A stretch of DNA of 63,848 bases, the filler included, from Calcarisporiella thermophila CBS 279.70 (Eukaryota > Fungi > Calcarisporiellomycota): assembly GCF_041956535.1 (NCBI RefSeq). It is 8 parts of 8 records of this genome, joined end to end, with 100 filler letters (N's around TTAATTAATTAA, not from the genome) between each part and the next. Parts side by side here need not be neighbours in the genome. Positions count along the whole stretch, not along the records: positions 18,928 to 27,980 come from NW_027192200.1; positions 28,081 to 41,023 come from NW_027192197.1; 6 more parts are not named here. One strand, 5' to 3'. The notes beneath the pieces were generated by a model, which ran no database searches, was not told where the DNA came from, and saw only the letters and a program-made list of their open reading frames with translations. Each line of letters starts with the position of its first letter. Within the stretch, counting starts at the first letter, position 1. Of the stretch, positions 26,040 to 39,105 are shown one piece after another. The translations under genes were made by a program, and so were the position numbers.

Positions 26040-27885
26040 TCCAGAGACGGAATGCTTTTGTATACTCACTTACTAGAACACACAGATTATCCTTATCATC
26101 ATACCTTATGTCAGCTTGCAGTCCTACAGAGAGGTGAAAGTAATGAACTGAGAAAAAAGCTGTTTTCTGAAGTTTCTGAAAAGTTTCCCCAGGAATTTAT
26201 AAGGCGGCTGGACTTTAGGTTTGATAATAACAAATCGCGCACTGCTCGGGTAGTTGAGCCCAAAACTGCATCGTCTACTCCACAAGGTAATGTCTAGTTT
26301 TCAAAATCCTTACCCACCTTCTACTAATTTGAGATTATCTATTACACACTGACGGTGCACGACTGAATGGGAGCCAGTCTAATAAACAAAATAGTTCAAC
26401 TCCCACTCTAGAAACAAAACGAGCAGTGAAGCGTAAACCAGGTGAATATATCTTCAAAGCTTTTTATAAGTATCTTTGCTTATACTTAGTTATGCCTGAA
26501 TTTTTAGTGCCCAAGGCTGTTTTGGATTTACTTATGGATTCATCTCGGATTGCAGCAAATAGGGTTCTAAAAAGGAAGAGAGAGGATGTGATAGAGGAAG
26601 GGGCTGACGAAGGGTATGATGGTGAGAGATATATCCAGGTTCGGTATTTGAACGATACAAAGCTGAACATCTTCAAGAGTTTTAAAATTTCTCAACCCGA
26701 TTTTAAGATCTCAAAGTCAAAGTTTTATACTCTAATTCCGAAACATTTTAAGAAAGCGTGCAAGAAGACCGACATGTGCGAGGTGTGCGTCGAAGGCAAG
26801 ACGAACTTCGATAACCTGCGCCGTATACAGCGAGAAATCCATAATGATTGCATGGGAAACTGTTTCGCTGGAGACGTAGAGCTTTGTGAACGAGAAGTTA
26901 CTGAAGAGGATAAAAACCGACTCGAGCAACTGAAGGAGAAAGTTGCTGTATATATTTCCCACCAGCGCTTTGTGGAAGCTAGGAAGCTAGGAAGTCGATG
27001 TTCGAGAAGAGTTCCGAAGAACTCAAGGAAAACAAACGAATCCTTAAAATAGATTTCAAAGAGAATTTGCGATTGGGAGAAGGGCCGGTTGAGACTGGAA
27101 AAACCTATTTCTCGAAGCAACAATGTTCTTGTTTGGGCATGGTGTTACTCTCACCTGACGGACAGAAGGAGTACTTTGACTTTTTTTCCGAGAATTTGAG
27201 CCACGACACACTTCATGTCAAAGATTGCCTTGATATTTTATTTTCGAAAATATCGCTTGAAGGGTTCGAAACTCTTGAAGTTTGGACCGATTGTGGACCT
27301 CATTTTAAGTGTCAAGAATTGGCGCATTATCTGCTTCGCGAATTTCCGGTAAAATACATCAAAGAGGTTCAATGGAACTTCTTTGCCGAGTACCACGGAA
27401 AGAGCTGGGTGGATGGGCATTTCGATTTGCTCTCTCGTTGGTTCTCATCAATTGAATCGACAACTGGAACAAGCAATATCGACAGCTTGATCCAGTCCTT
27501 TGAAGACCGCCTACAGGCAACCAACGACGGCAGGGAACAAGCAAAAAAATTATCCATTAAGTTTTTCCGCTGAGCAATCCAGCAGATCGGAAACACTCAA
27601 GGTCTTGTCAATCGAAAAGTTTTCGAGCTTCTTTTCGTTTTCATACGAAAACAACAAGATTTATGCGTATAGCGGTTCTGCGGGAGACGAGAAAGTAGAA
27701 GTCAGCCAGAAAATCCTTACAAAAAAAGGATAAGCGGGCCACGAAGCGGCCTCCAAAGCATAATGAGGAGGCAGGGGAGAAGAGAACACCAGGGGTTAAA
27801 AGGCATATTACAATGATTGAATCACTTGGGCGAGCGCTAGATATCGAGGGATTGTGTAAACGGATTATGAAGTTGGCGCTCTGAT
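26040..27885 (+). mobile_element. Sola-like DDD DNA transposase gene with introns, frameshifted
   Basis: DMCEVC, IDFKEN, WTDCGPHFK and HGKSWVDG motifs. A GGAAGCTA duplication at ~26974-26989 shifts the frame. Superfamily assignment is tentative. Confidence 0.6.
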
Positions 27886-28080
27886 TATACAGTTTATTTG
27901 GATGGGGACTGGAAGAGGGAGAGGGGGAGAGGGGGAGGGGGGAGGGGGAGGGGGTACAAAAGGAAGAAAGTGGGAGACCGNNNNNNNNNNNNNNNNNNNN
28001 NNNNNNNNNNNNNNNNNNNNNNNNTTAATTAATTAANNNNNNNNNNNNNNNNNNNNNNNNNNNNNNNNNNNNNNNNNNNN

Positions 28081-28755
28081 TTGCTACTGGGCTACCTCCG
28101 AGCATACGCCACGTTTGGAACTGATTAAACCAGAACCCTCCTTTGCGTTTGAGCTTGGCAGTGGAGAACGTGGTGGCAAAGATGGCTGTACCGTAGCCTT
28201 CTGGAGCATACTTTCCTGTCAGGTTAAGAAGTGAGATGCATGCCCAAAGGGATACCGTCGGGTCCGATGCTGGTTTCTTCATTTCTCTTGCGAGTTTGGG
28301 AAACCATGATGCGAGTAGGGCAGTTGATTGTTGTCTAGGGAGAATGAGACCTAGGCCTCCCTCCTCTCGCGTTTTAGAAAGGAGGCTAAGACTGATCTGC
28401 GGGCCTCGTCCATCCCATAGAAATTGTCGTAAGATTGTGTCCAGTTCTTTGAAGAAATATTCAGGAGGGTGGATCACTGTGGCGACGTACCATATCCTGG
28501 ATAGGAGTCAGGAGTTGATCAGGTGAACTTTCCCTGGCATGCTGAGTTTCCGGATTTTCCACGACTGTATCGTCTGCCTCAGTTTGGATAATTGGCTCGT
28601 GTAGTATGCCTCACTTGGGTGTTCTGGCATAAGTGTGGGGTTGGCTGCTGACGGAAGATAGATTGGGATGCCGAGGCATGTAATTGCTCCCCCTGCAGGT
28701 ATGTATTCGCATCCAGGGTCGATGGAGGTGCGGGCTGCAGGGCTCTCGAGTCTAA
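28081..28755 (-). mobile_element. 5'-truncated L1/Tx1-like LINE, RT C-terminal region
   Basis: CLGIPI..WKIRKLSMPGKVHLINS..QFLWDG..REEGGLGL. The G-rich tract at 27905-27980 may be its 3' UTR across the gap. Confidence 0.85.
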
Positions 28756-29098
28756 TTTTTTTTTTTTTTTGATCAATCAATGGAAACTTTTATTTAATTT
28801 CCATATATTACATGAAGTTAATGTCAATGGACTTAACATGACAAGATATAGGTCCTTGATCGATAGACATTCAATCGATATGCGTGTATCGTAGTTGTCG
28901 TGAATAGCATGTACGTGAAACCGATGTAATCTTTTGTACTTATCTTAAGGGCAATCTTTTCAATAATCAAGACTCTGCTTCTGATCAAGTGGATAGCAGT
29001 CACAAGCTAAGAGTAAGTGCTGGTGGGGGAGGTGGGATTCGAACCCACGCCGTTCTCATCGGCATCCCAGGGATAGTCCACTACACTAACCCTCCCCC
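28756..29098 (-). mobile_element. tRNA-derived SINE, copy 1 (~330 bp plus poly(A))
   Basis: A box TAGTGTAGTGG, B box GGTTCGAATCC, GGGGGAG/CTCCCCC-ACCA head, LINE-like tail and poly(A). Near-identical to 61406-61743. Confidence 0.85.
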
Positions 29099-29172
29099 AA
29101 ATAGCAGGGCTTGAGGGATTACGTGACTTGGCTTGGTTGTCCTACTGCAGATATCTCGATACGATTCCAACA
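29099..29172 (-). mobile_element. Probable 74-nt LTR 5' segment beginning TGTTGGAAT
   Basis: Canonical TGTT terminus 10 nt upstream of tRNA-Asn, the same geometry as at the other three tRNA genes. No second copy in the window. Confidence 0.5.
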
Positions 29173-29182
29173 CAGCCAAATT

Positions 29183-29199
29183 GCTCTAGTGGCGTAATT

Positions 29200-29239
<40 letters not shown>

Positions 29240-29256
29240 GAGTCCACCCTTGAGCG
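29183..29256 (+). tRNA. tRNA-Asn(GTT)
   Basis: Cloverleaf with anticodon loop CTGTTAA and T-loop GGTTCGAGTCC. One T:T mismatch in the acceptor stem. Confidence 0.93.
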
Positions 29257-30369
29257 TTGTTCTATTAATACTTTTTATATTTTATTTCTTTTTTAACCTA
29301 AATAGAAGACATTTTGCAGTTCTATCGTATTTACCCATTATCATTTTTTACAAATTTGCACGTTTCCGATACACCCTCTAAATACCATCAGCTTCTCTTA
29401 TTTTGAACAGTCAACAGTAGAATTACGCTTTAGATATTCCGTAGTGCCTGGTTTCTTCGTTCGTCAGTAAAAGCTTCATTTCGCCTGTATTTTGGTGAAG
29501 CATTGGTTCATCCACAGTTGCGGTGGTGTGTATGATATGTGTTTTACAGGTAACTAATCTGAAATTAATAGCGTTGTCTATACATTCGGATTCCTCAGTG
29601 TTGTATAACTTGGAGATACCTAGTTACTCTGGCGTCGTGGTTTATGTGGCTCACAGGTATGAATTCTAGGCTATTAATCTACAAGATTTCGAAACTCACA
29701 GGGTTCTCTGGATTCAAACAATAACCTTATATTTCGGGTTTAACGTTAACAATCCGAACTACTTGCATTCATGATCGTTTTTTTGACGATTGGGAACGGA
29801 TTAAGATCGAATTGAGGATACTTCAAACCTTAATTCAATTTGTAAATACTCCCTTGCATCAACGGTTGATTTGCCGTATGTACATTTTTAATAAGATCTC
29901 TATTGAAAAACATCCTATTGATAAAAAAGTAGGGATTCTTTTATTTCAAAATTACACAGGTAATACTCCTTGACTATCTTTAAAGAAGTAAAAGCTTCGA
30001 ATCGAAATTTGTGTTTTTTTTTTTAAATAATATTATGCTTTAAACTACTACATTACATTACATAATCTGTTGCAATTCTACGGATCTAACAGGTATCAGC
30101 GATTACACATTAGGGACACTTTATCTCTGGCTAACGCACTCACCCTTTATCTGAAAAGGGCTAATGGCTCGATCCCAACATTGATTGTTACGCAGGAAGA
30201 ATTTCCTGATAAATATTTTCTAATCAATCTAATTAATTTATTCTCTGAATTTTCCTTTTGTTCTATACATAAAGTATAATTGTTCAAGAAGCAAGGTAGA
30301 GCGCAAAAAATACGTTTAAGAAAAAGGAGGCATCATATTGTTATATAACAAATAAATATCTCTAAATAT

Positions 30370-31941
30370 CTAATTTCTATCACTCTTCAGAAATTTTTCT
30401 TTCAAAAATCCAACCTCTTTCCGCATCTGAACACGCCACTCCTCCACATATTCTACTCTATCATTAGGTCCACTGTACTTATTGATCCAATTTGCTATCG
30501 CATTTTTATACTCGAGCTCTTTTTCTGCTCCAAACAAATGGTAAGCTTTTCGATTTGCAACCGGCTTTTTCTCATTTTCTAAATACTCCTGCCACATCGT
30601 TTCACGAGTGGGAAGTTTCGCTTTTCCTGAATATATTCTCGCAATAAGCAGCGATTGGTATTCAAAGAACGGGAATGGCACTACTTTAAACGGAATGCCA
30701 ACTAGAGCTAGCGTAGGGTTGTCTATATAAAAGAGGTGGAAAAATAAGCTGTGTACACGCTGTCCATCCGTCAAGAGTAGAGGACGACCATGCTTAGTCG
30801 GCACAGGAGGTGGGATGCATTGTTTTGTGTCCGTTTCAACATCTGCTGAATCGGCGATTAAATGCTTTAGGAATGGAAGAGTGTACAGGTAGCCTGTGGC
30901 ATAAATGACACAATCCACTCCCTCCATGATGCTCCCATCTACAAATTCAACAGATCCTGCTTCGAAATTATAACGTTGCACAGTAGGCTTAATTGTTACT
31001 CTGTCTCCAAATAAAGTTGGGTTATCCCCACTACTTCCTGAGGCAAAAGGAGTTCGTATGGACTGCCAAACAACTCGGGCATATTCTGATATTTCTTTTG
31101 CAATATCAACACCACTGAATCCTCCCCCAACGACCAGCACCGTCTTTGAATAGCAAAAAACATATTAATAAGCTACTTGATCCATTCAGTAGAGATATTT
31201 TTACCTTGTCGACAAACTCGTCTGGTAGCCTATAATCTTTTGAATGCATCACCTTTCGTTGTTGAGCAAACTCAGTTAAACCCTCAACCTCTGGAATATA
31301 TGGTGCATAAAAGTGCCCCGTTGCAACAACCACAGCGTCAAAACGCTCTTTCCTAATTGACCCATCTCTCCTTTTAAAGATTGTCAACATCCAACCACTC
31401 TCACCATCTTCCAATCTGTCCGTCGCATCAATCACTTCACAGTCGAACTCTACAAGTTGCGCTAAATTATTTTCATGTGCATAGGACACGAGATACTCAA
31501 GCACATCGGAATGGTGAGGGAAGAGTGTAAGATCTTCAGGAAATGGAGACTTGTAAAAGCTCATAATAGGATGTGGAAGATTAGTGTGCAGGTTTTTGTA
31601 GATTGCAGACGGGTGAACAGGTGAAGAGGCTTCAGGAACCAAAGGGGGATCAGCAACTTTCTGATGGGTACAAGGAATGGGAGGAGCTGACCCGACACGA
31701 TCGGTATAAATCCTAAAAATTCAAGTTGGATGAATTCGCTCAACAGTTGAAGCATATCCACATAAGTATGATTGTGATGTGAGTTGTTAACATACCAGGT
31801 ACCGCCAAATGTATCATTACGTTCGAAGATTTTTACTTCGAATCCATGTTGACTAAGATTTTTCGCCGCGATAATCCCAGCAGCTCCTGCACCAATAACT
31901 CCAACTCGCTTTATGATCGGGAGAGAAAAGGAATTGGTCAT
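30370..31941 (-). CDS. Flavin-containing monooxygenase (Fmo1-like), multi-exon
   Basis: GVIGAGAAG, FER..GGTW, VVATGH, FMO motif F...VMHSKDYR, VGGGFSG, YATGY. Confidence 0.9.
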
Positions 31942-32205
31942 TATGAGGGCATGAATGACGTCTGCACCAAAAGAAATACTATTAGCGCCGAGGGTTGAGG
32001 GAATAACGTGAACATGCACGATTTTAATGATGGAGGTAAAATGAAATCTGAGCTGATTGGATCGGGCGAGTGGCAAAAAGCAAAGATAATCTCGCGCAGT
32101 CACCTGGATTTTTGAACCTTTTTGCCCCGCTCGATAAGAACAAGAACACTCAACATTTTCCGCTTTTCTTTTTCCATTCTCTTTGCCTCAGCCAGCTTTT
32201 ATGAA

Positions 32206-34243
32206 ATGCAAGCTATGTTAAACGAGAAACGCTCAAGGTATATCTTTCGTATACACCAATTACTATCGGAAACTATGCATTGCACAAGAATGTGTCGTGC
32301 TCCAACCAACATTGCACCCTCGCGCAAATTCCATTCCTGCTATGGCAAGGCGAAGTTACAAGCATCATCACAACGCGGAAATTTACAAATACGGTTCTAC
32401 TTCGCTACGGCAAGCTCATTGCTGGAGTCATCGTCCGCACTATCAGCTCATATCTCAAGCCCACGCGAGGTAAAAATAGAGCCAAAAAGATAAAATTCAA
32501 ATTATCTTGCGAACCTTAATTTTGGCTAATATATTTCCACGGTTCTTCCTCTTTATATTAAAGATTGCCAAACATTTAAACGAGTACGTAATAGGCCAGA
32601 CCGCTGCAAAAAAGACCCTTTCCTGTGCCGTTTACAATCATTACACGCGGTTACGTGCCAATTTTGAGCAACTTGCTCGGCAGCATGAGGAGCAAGTACT
32701 AGAGCGGTTAAGGCAACATGACCACCATCTGTCTCCACAGGAAGGCGCGATGGTAGTGCGAGAGAGCGGCGGATTAAGCAATGCATTAATGCGTGTAGAG
32801 TCAGGATACGATGAGTGTAAATACTAATTAAGCATTTAGAAAGTGTAGATGGCCAATTTTTGGTTGTCATTTTAGTTAGGCAATCTATTCCCGTAAATGG
32901 TGGATATCCTCAGTATTCATGGACACAGGCAAATGACTTCAACCTGGAACCTCTGGAGTCTACCTCAGTGTCAGTCATCGAGAAAAGTAACGTTTTGCTC
33001 CTGGGGCCATCTGGTTCTGGAAAATCTTTGCTTGCCCGCACGCTTGCCCAGATTCTGCAAGTGCCATTTTCAATGTCTGACGCAACCCCCTTTACTCAAG
33101 CAGGATATGGTAAGTTTTCGTCCGAAATCGAAAATAGTGGCTCGTTAGTTAATTCATTGCTTCTTATTGGGCATGAAGTTGGTGAGGATGTAGAGCTAGT
33201 AATACAAAGGCTACTTCAAAACAGTGATTATAATGTTAAGCGGGCTGAGCGTGGCATCGTGTTTATCGACGAGATAGACAAGATCGCAAGGAAATCCGAT
33301 ATACACACCGCATCAAGAGATGTATCCGGTGAAGGCGTGCAGCAAGCACTCCTGCGCATACTTGAGGGAACCATTGTACATATTACAGACAAGAATGGAG
33401 GGGGGACTCGTGGTAAAGGAGCAGGGGGAGGAAGCAGTGGCGGAGGATCAAAAGATGTGTATTCCATAGACACTAGTAATATTCTATTCATATTAAGTGG
33501 AGCCTTTGAGGGGTTGGAAAAAATCGTAATGGACCGTGTTGCAAAAGGAGTAAGCATCGAAACCATATTCCAGCTTGAAACTATGGTTTATTTACCAAAT
33601 TTTGCAATAGTCAATCGGTTTCGGGGCCCCTATACACAAATCAGATGACGAGCACAAGGCTGGAAATCATCGAGGAGAGAGCGATTGGAATCCCTTATTA
33701 GAAGTGGAGCCTATTGGTAAAACGATTTTATGACCTTTGGGTTGGTCAAGTTACTTACATATACGTGACATAGATTTAATCAAATATGGCCTTATTCCGG
33801 AATTTGTTGGGAGGCTACCCGTTGTAGCTTCCGTTCGTCCCTTAAGCGAATCCGATCTCATCCGTATTCTGACAGAACCGAGGGGAGCCCTCTGCTCCCA
33901 ATACGCCACTCTACTGCGAATGAGCGGCGCAAATCTGCGCTTTTCCCACTCTAGTCTCCGTGCAATTGCTCATTTAGCTCTTCGCAATCGCACAGGAGCA
34001 CGTGGTCTGAGGCGGATCATGGAAAATGTCCTTGTAGAGGCAATGTATCGGGTCCCCGAGTCCGAAATACGTCACGTCGTGGTTACGAGAGAGGTTGTAA
34101 GAAGTGGACAAGAACCTTTGTATTTTACAGAGGGTGAAGAGAATTTGGTGGAACAAGTTCTCAGAGAAGATGACGTGGCAGAGCACGGGGATGGGGAAGA
34201 GGTGGAAGAAAAGATGAGAATTTGTATAAAGGGGGATATTTGA
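32206..34243 (+). CDS. clpX: Mitochondrial ClpX (Mcx1-like) AAA+ chaperone, multi-exon
   Basis: [68 protein letters not shown]. The start codon is uncertain. Confidence 0.9.
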
Positions 34244-34430
34244 TATCCAATGTTTGGAACGGATAGTGAACTTTTAATGCAAATGACAAATGAGTTACTT
34301 TTTTTTTCAACTAACGCTGCTCATTCTAACTTTTTATCTAATTTTTTTGCTATTTTATTGTACAATAAACACACATATGGTGGCCTCCGTTATCAATAAC
34401 AAGTCTAATATTATAATACAGTGAAGTGTA

Positions 34431-36701
34431 TCACTCTCCCTCAATGGTATGTGTTCCTCGCTCTCCACTGTCTGTCATTCGGGCAGTCCTCGCTCCAAAC
34501 TGTACTGCCCGCTTCCATTCTCGACTCGTTAACTCGAGACCTAGTTTCTGCGCCAATAATCTAAGTAGCAGTTTCTCTCCTACACCCCTAGGATATCGAG
34601 GGTCTGCCTTCAAATTCACTGGGAGAGCACAGAGAAAAGAGGTGACACGAGCACCAAGATAGGGAAATCGAACCTCCTTGCCGTGATCGGAGATAATACG
34701 ATCATCTCTTCCGAGATTTCTCTCAGATATCCGATCGTAATCCAATTTAATCTGTAGCACAAGCAATGGAGTTGAATTGGATAGGAATATCTGGCACATT
34801 ATTCCACTTGCAATGTTACCTCGTTTACCAGACGTTCCCATCCCCCTAATCTGAACGCTTCGCGATGTCTTGAGTATCCCCCGAGTTGCTCATCAGCACC
34901 TAGCCCTGAAAGTAGAACTCTTGCATTACTCTGATACCCTATCATACTCTTCAAATAATAATGGATCAATTTCGTCCTATTTTATATTTCCTCTCGGCAA
35001 CTAAATTACCCACATTGGTAGATGGACAGTAAACACTGCCTTTTCCTCTCGCAGCAAACCAAAATGCCATTGCAATGCTCTAAGTATAATGAGAAAAGTA
35101 GGTTATATACCAATTATTCCATTTATAGAGTATTTAAGCAGCGTTACTCACCAAATCCATCACTGTGGAAGAAGGAGCCATTAGAGACATTATTTCTCTT
35201 CTCTTCTCCATTGCTTCTTCGTATGGTATATTGATCTCCACCAGCCTCCATTCCCGTGGAGCCTCGCGTTTCAACTCCTCAATCCCTTGGCGCGCGGTTT
35301 TCCGGTCGGGAACGGCGTATGGATCGGACTCTATCTTTTTCTTATTTTTCATAGTACGCGGATTTTCAAACGCAACATTAAGCAAGTCGATAGGCTCAGT
35401 GGGTGGAAGATAGCGATGCGCTAAGATTGCAAGGCACATACAATCCAGTCCACCAGAGAAAAGAATGGCAATCCGCGGACTCATTGGATCACTAATGATA
35501 TAGCATATGTATATAGATTAAGTCGGAATATGGATAATGGGCTAGAAGTTCGATTACCCTGGGTTAGGTACGGTAGTCACACGCCTACATACGGAATCAC
35601 CAAGAATCTCCTCAAAGTTTTCAATAGCCATTTCCATAGGATGTGAAAGTGAGGGAAAGTTTGAATCCTTTTCATTTGAAGCAGGTGGGAGGAGATCCTC
35701 TGGTGCTGGTATTGACCTATTCATGTCACAATATGAGGAAGTCTAATTGTGGGGTTAAATATAGTGGAGGCAAGGTCTAAGAATTTCGAAAATACTTACA
35801 AGCAGCTGATTAATTTCTCCATTCACGGTTGAGGATTTCCAAGAATAATGTTTCAATGAATGCTCAAATTCGGCTATCAATAGCTATTGAACACTTATAA
35901 GATCATAAATTATATGAAAGAAAAACAAAAATCGGAACATACCTTTTCTGAATTCATCAATGTTTTTATATCCAAGCAATACACACCCGAGGCAGGCACC
36001 TCTTCAAAATTTAATTTTGAACTAGATACACCTACGGAGGATAAGACAAATAATTCGTCTTCAACGGGACGGTGCCAAAGCATCGAGCGTCGACCTAATA
36101 TATCCCGAGAGAACCACAATTTCCCTTCTGTATTCTGATAGTAATAAAAATATAGTATACATTATCCGACAACATAATAATCCTATAAATATGCAACCTG
36201 CCAGTAAACAAACGAAAATGGCCCCTCTATTTTAGATATAGTTTGAAGTACGCCTTCCTCTTTATTGTCTCCTTTATTTTTTTGGAGCAAGTTGTATACT
36301 ACTTCGGTATCATTCTCCTCCTGTGCAACCTGTTACAACATGTAAATATATTCTCTTTGAAAAACAAAGGATATTTCCCACTTACATTAATCCCATCGAA
36401 AACTTCTCCATTCCAACAGAATACATCCCCGTTTTCACCTACTATAGGCTGAGGTTTTAGATCTCGACCGCGGAGGTGCAAAACACAGCCAAAAAACGAA
36501 AGGCAAGACTGTCTGGTTCCAATTAACTGCACTTCATGGCTTTTTTGAAAATCAGGTCCTACAGAGGGATTCTTTTCATCAGTCCATCCTTTCGTTCTGA
36601 ATTCTTCAAGAAGCCTTACCTCGCTTTGTGTTGGCTAGCTTTAATGTGTCCCAATCCGGTATGCTATGTGCATCATGAAGCGCTAGGAGTATTCCGCACA
36701 T
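34431..36701 (-). CDS. ASNSD1: Asparagine synthetase domain-containing protein (ASNSD1/YML096W-like), multi-exon
   Basis: MCGI N-terminus, [57 protein letters not shown]. Confidence 0.9.
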
Positions 36702-37205
36702 TGCAACGAAAGTAATAACAAAAATTCAGTCACATCAAATTTGAAATTCAAGCGTTTTCAAAGATTGTTCAGATAAATTTTCTCGGTTAACTAGTAAAAC
36801 AAACTGGCACTATATACAAATTTTAAGTTATCGAAAATTCAACAATGTGGTTCTCTATTAAGCTGTTATTATTGAAGAACAAATAGATCCCAAATATATA
36901 CGTCTTGATTATCCTCAATTATGCACTCATTTATAGCATAGCATTCCACGGCATTGATAATTGGGAGCAAACTCGTAATTATTTGGAAGGATATATAGGA
37001 ATAGGTGACTAGGGGTTAAAGCAAAAAATATATAGAAAATAAATACTATTAGCAGCCTAATGTTAAGGATATAAGGAAGAATTAATCGGTAAAGGACTTA
37101 AAAAACTGCATCTTCCTATAACTCCTAAGCTATTCCATCAGCTCTATCATTTATCTGGAAAAAGCATTACATAATAAGATGACTAATTATCAATCATGTT
37201 AATTC

Positions 37206-37484
37206 TCAATATATTAAGAACTTACCACTCAAACCACTTGCATTGTAGATCTCACTGCTACGCATTATTCTCGCACTTTTATTTCGCTTTAGTGATGATA
37301 TCCATAACCCAGAGTTTCGATGTGGGGAGGTGTTCGATCGCACATATACTCCATCTGCGTAATTAGTTTTATAATAATCTGGATCCTGTGACTGAAATTC
37401 ACCATTTAGCACAGTGCGGCGTTTAGTATATTTTTCAATTTTGAAAAATTCGTAGGTTGCCCTGATTTTCTCCTTAATGCCCAT
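37206..37484 (-). CDS. Small hypothetical protein (~90 aa; the 3' end is probably spliced)
   Basis: ATG-initiated ORF with protein-like composition in a gene-dense block. GTAAG donor near its end. Confidence 0.5.
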   Translation of the reverse strand: MGIKEKIRATYEFFKIEKYTKRRTVLNGEFQSQDPDYYKTNYADGVYVRSNTSPHRNSGLWISSLKRNKSARIMRSSEIYNASGLSGKFLIY

Positions 37485-37774
37485 AGCGTAAAAATGGAAT
37501 GAAGGATGAAAAAGGAGAGTATAAATAGGTAAATATGAAGAATAATAATGAAAGACTATCGGATAGGGACAAGAAGAGAATTATGATGGAGGTAATCTAA
37601 TTAGACAAGATATCCTCGAGATTTATTGTGCTATGATGGGAATGGTCTTTAGAGAAAAATGGGAAGAAATCAAGAGAGTTCGGTTTACAAAAAAAAATCT
37701 ATCGGATTCGCAAAAACTTTAAATCTAAGCTTGATCGACTCCTACAAAAAAATTTTGCCATATAACTGATAATC

Positions 37775-39017
37775 ATGAGCACGAAATCTCAATCTTCGTC
37801 ACCACCCAATCCCTATCTCTCAACTATAAAACAGAAAACTAAAAGGAGGCGACAAATACTCGATTTCAGCTCCAGCCAAAAGCGTCAACAAGTCTTACAT
37901 ACAACAAAGAGTAATCAGAAAGATAAAAAACAACCATTCGTATTTCCATACGGAAATTATGCCTTTTATTATGGGTAATGAGCATACATTTTCACGTTAA
38001 ATCCAAAAACGCTAATTTTTTTGGCCGCGTATAGATATCGTAATAAAGGGGAAGCCCAGGATCCACGCTTGCGACTGATGCAACGCGCATGGTTTGAAGG
38101 AAGAAAAGTGCTCGATATTGGATGTAATTCTGGAATTTTAACGATTGACGTAGGTGAGTAGGTGATTCACTTTTAATCAATTTTTTTTTATTTTGGTAAA
38201 TTTTTTTTTTGGATATTAGCAATTCATTTTCAACCTTCCCAGATACTTGGAGTAGATATAGACCCATCACTTGTACGTAAAGCAGAACGAAACGTGCAAC
38301 TTCAATATTCGACACTCAAACCACCTCGTAAGTGCAATAGCGCTGAAACAGAAAGTGAGGACGAATTGCAAGTAGGTTATTTCCCAATATCGATGCCACT
38401 TCTCTTTGGCACTATCCCACTACCTGGAGAGAATTGTGGTTTCCCAGGAAATATAACGTTCAGATGCACAGATTGGGTTGAAAATGAAGATGAAGACAAA
38501 GAAGCTTTCGACGTAGTTCTGGCGTAAGTAAGAAATTTAGTTAAAGTGTTTTATTTATTAATCTCGTATTTTTTCCCTGTGGATAGACTGAGTATCACAA
38601 AATGGATTCATTTAAACAAAGGCGATACTGGCATCAAAAGGTTTTTCAAAAAAGCTTACAGTGTTCTTCAGCCTGGTGGAATGTTTATTCTTGAGCCGCA
38701 GTTATGGAAAACATACGCAAAACGCAGTAAAATAAATCAGGTTAGCTAGAGGTTTATAGTGCTGGAATTTGATGTATATTAAACGCTTTCTCTAATATTA
38801 GAACATGACAGACAACTACCGTCGTACTCAGTTTTACCCCTATCAATTTCGAGAGTACCTTCTAAATGAAATTGGATTTCGAGAAATGCGAGATCTTGGT
38901 CGGCCTGAGACGTTGTCCAAAGGTATTCTTCCATTTACTTACTAGTTGTATATAGTTTCCTCTTACTTCTTATTAATAATAGGATTTCAGCGACCAATGG
39001 AGTTATACATAAAATAA
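37775..39017 (+). CDS. Bin3/MePCE/Bmc1-type RNA methylphosphate capping enzyme, multi-exon
   Basis: [40 protein letters not shown]. Confidence 0.9.
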
Positions 39018-39105
39018 ACTATTGGTATATAAAATAAAAAATCTTTATTCTATTATCATAGCTATCTACTGTTGAAAATAAATATTTAAAAAGAGGTAGT
39101 TAATA

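Noticed and set aside
27905-27980. G-rich GGGGGA tract as a telomere or functional G4
   Set aside because: More simply the reverse complement of a C-rich LINE 3' UTR next to a gap.
29020-29098. SINE head as a real tRNA gene or a tmRNA-like end
   Set aside because: It has no canonical D/anticodon arm spacing and is fused to a body and poly(A), with a TSD in copy 2.
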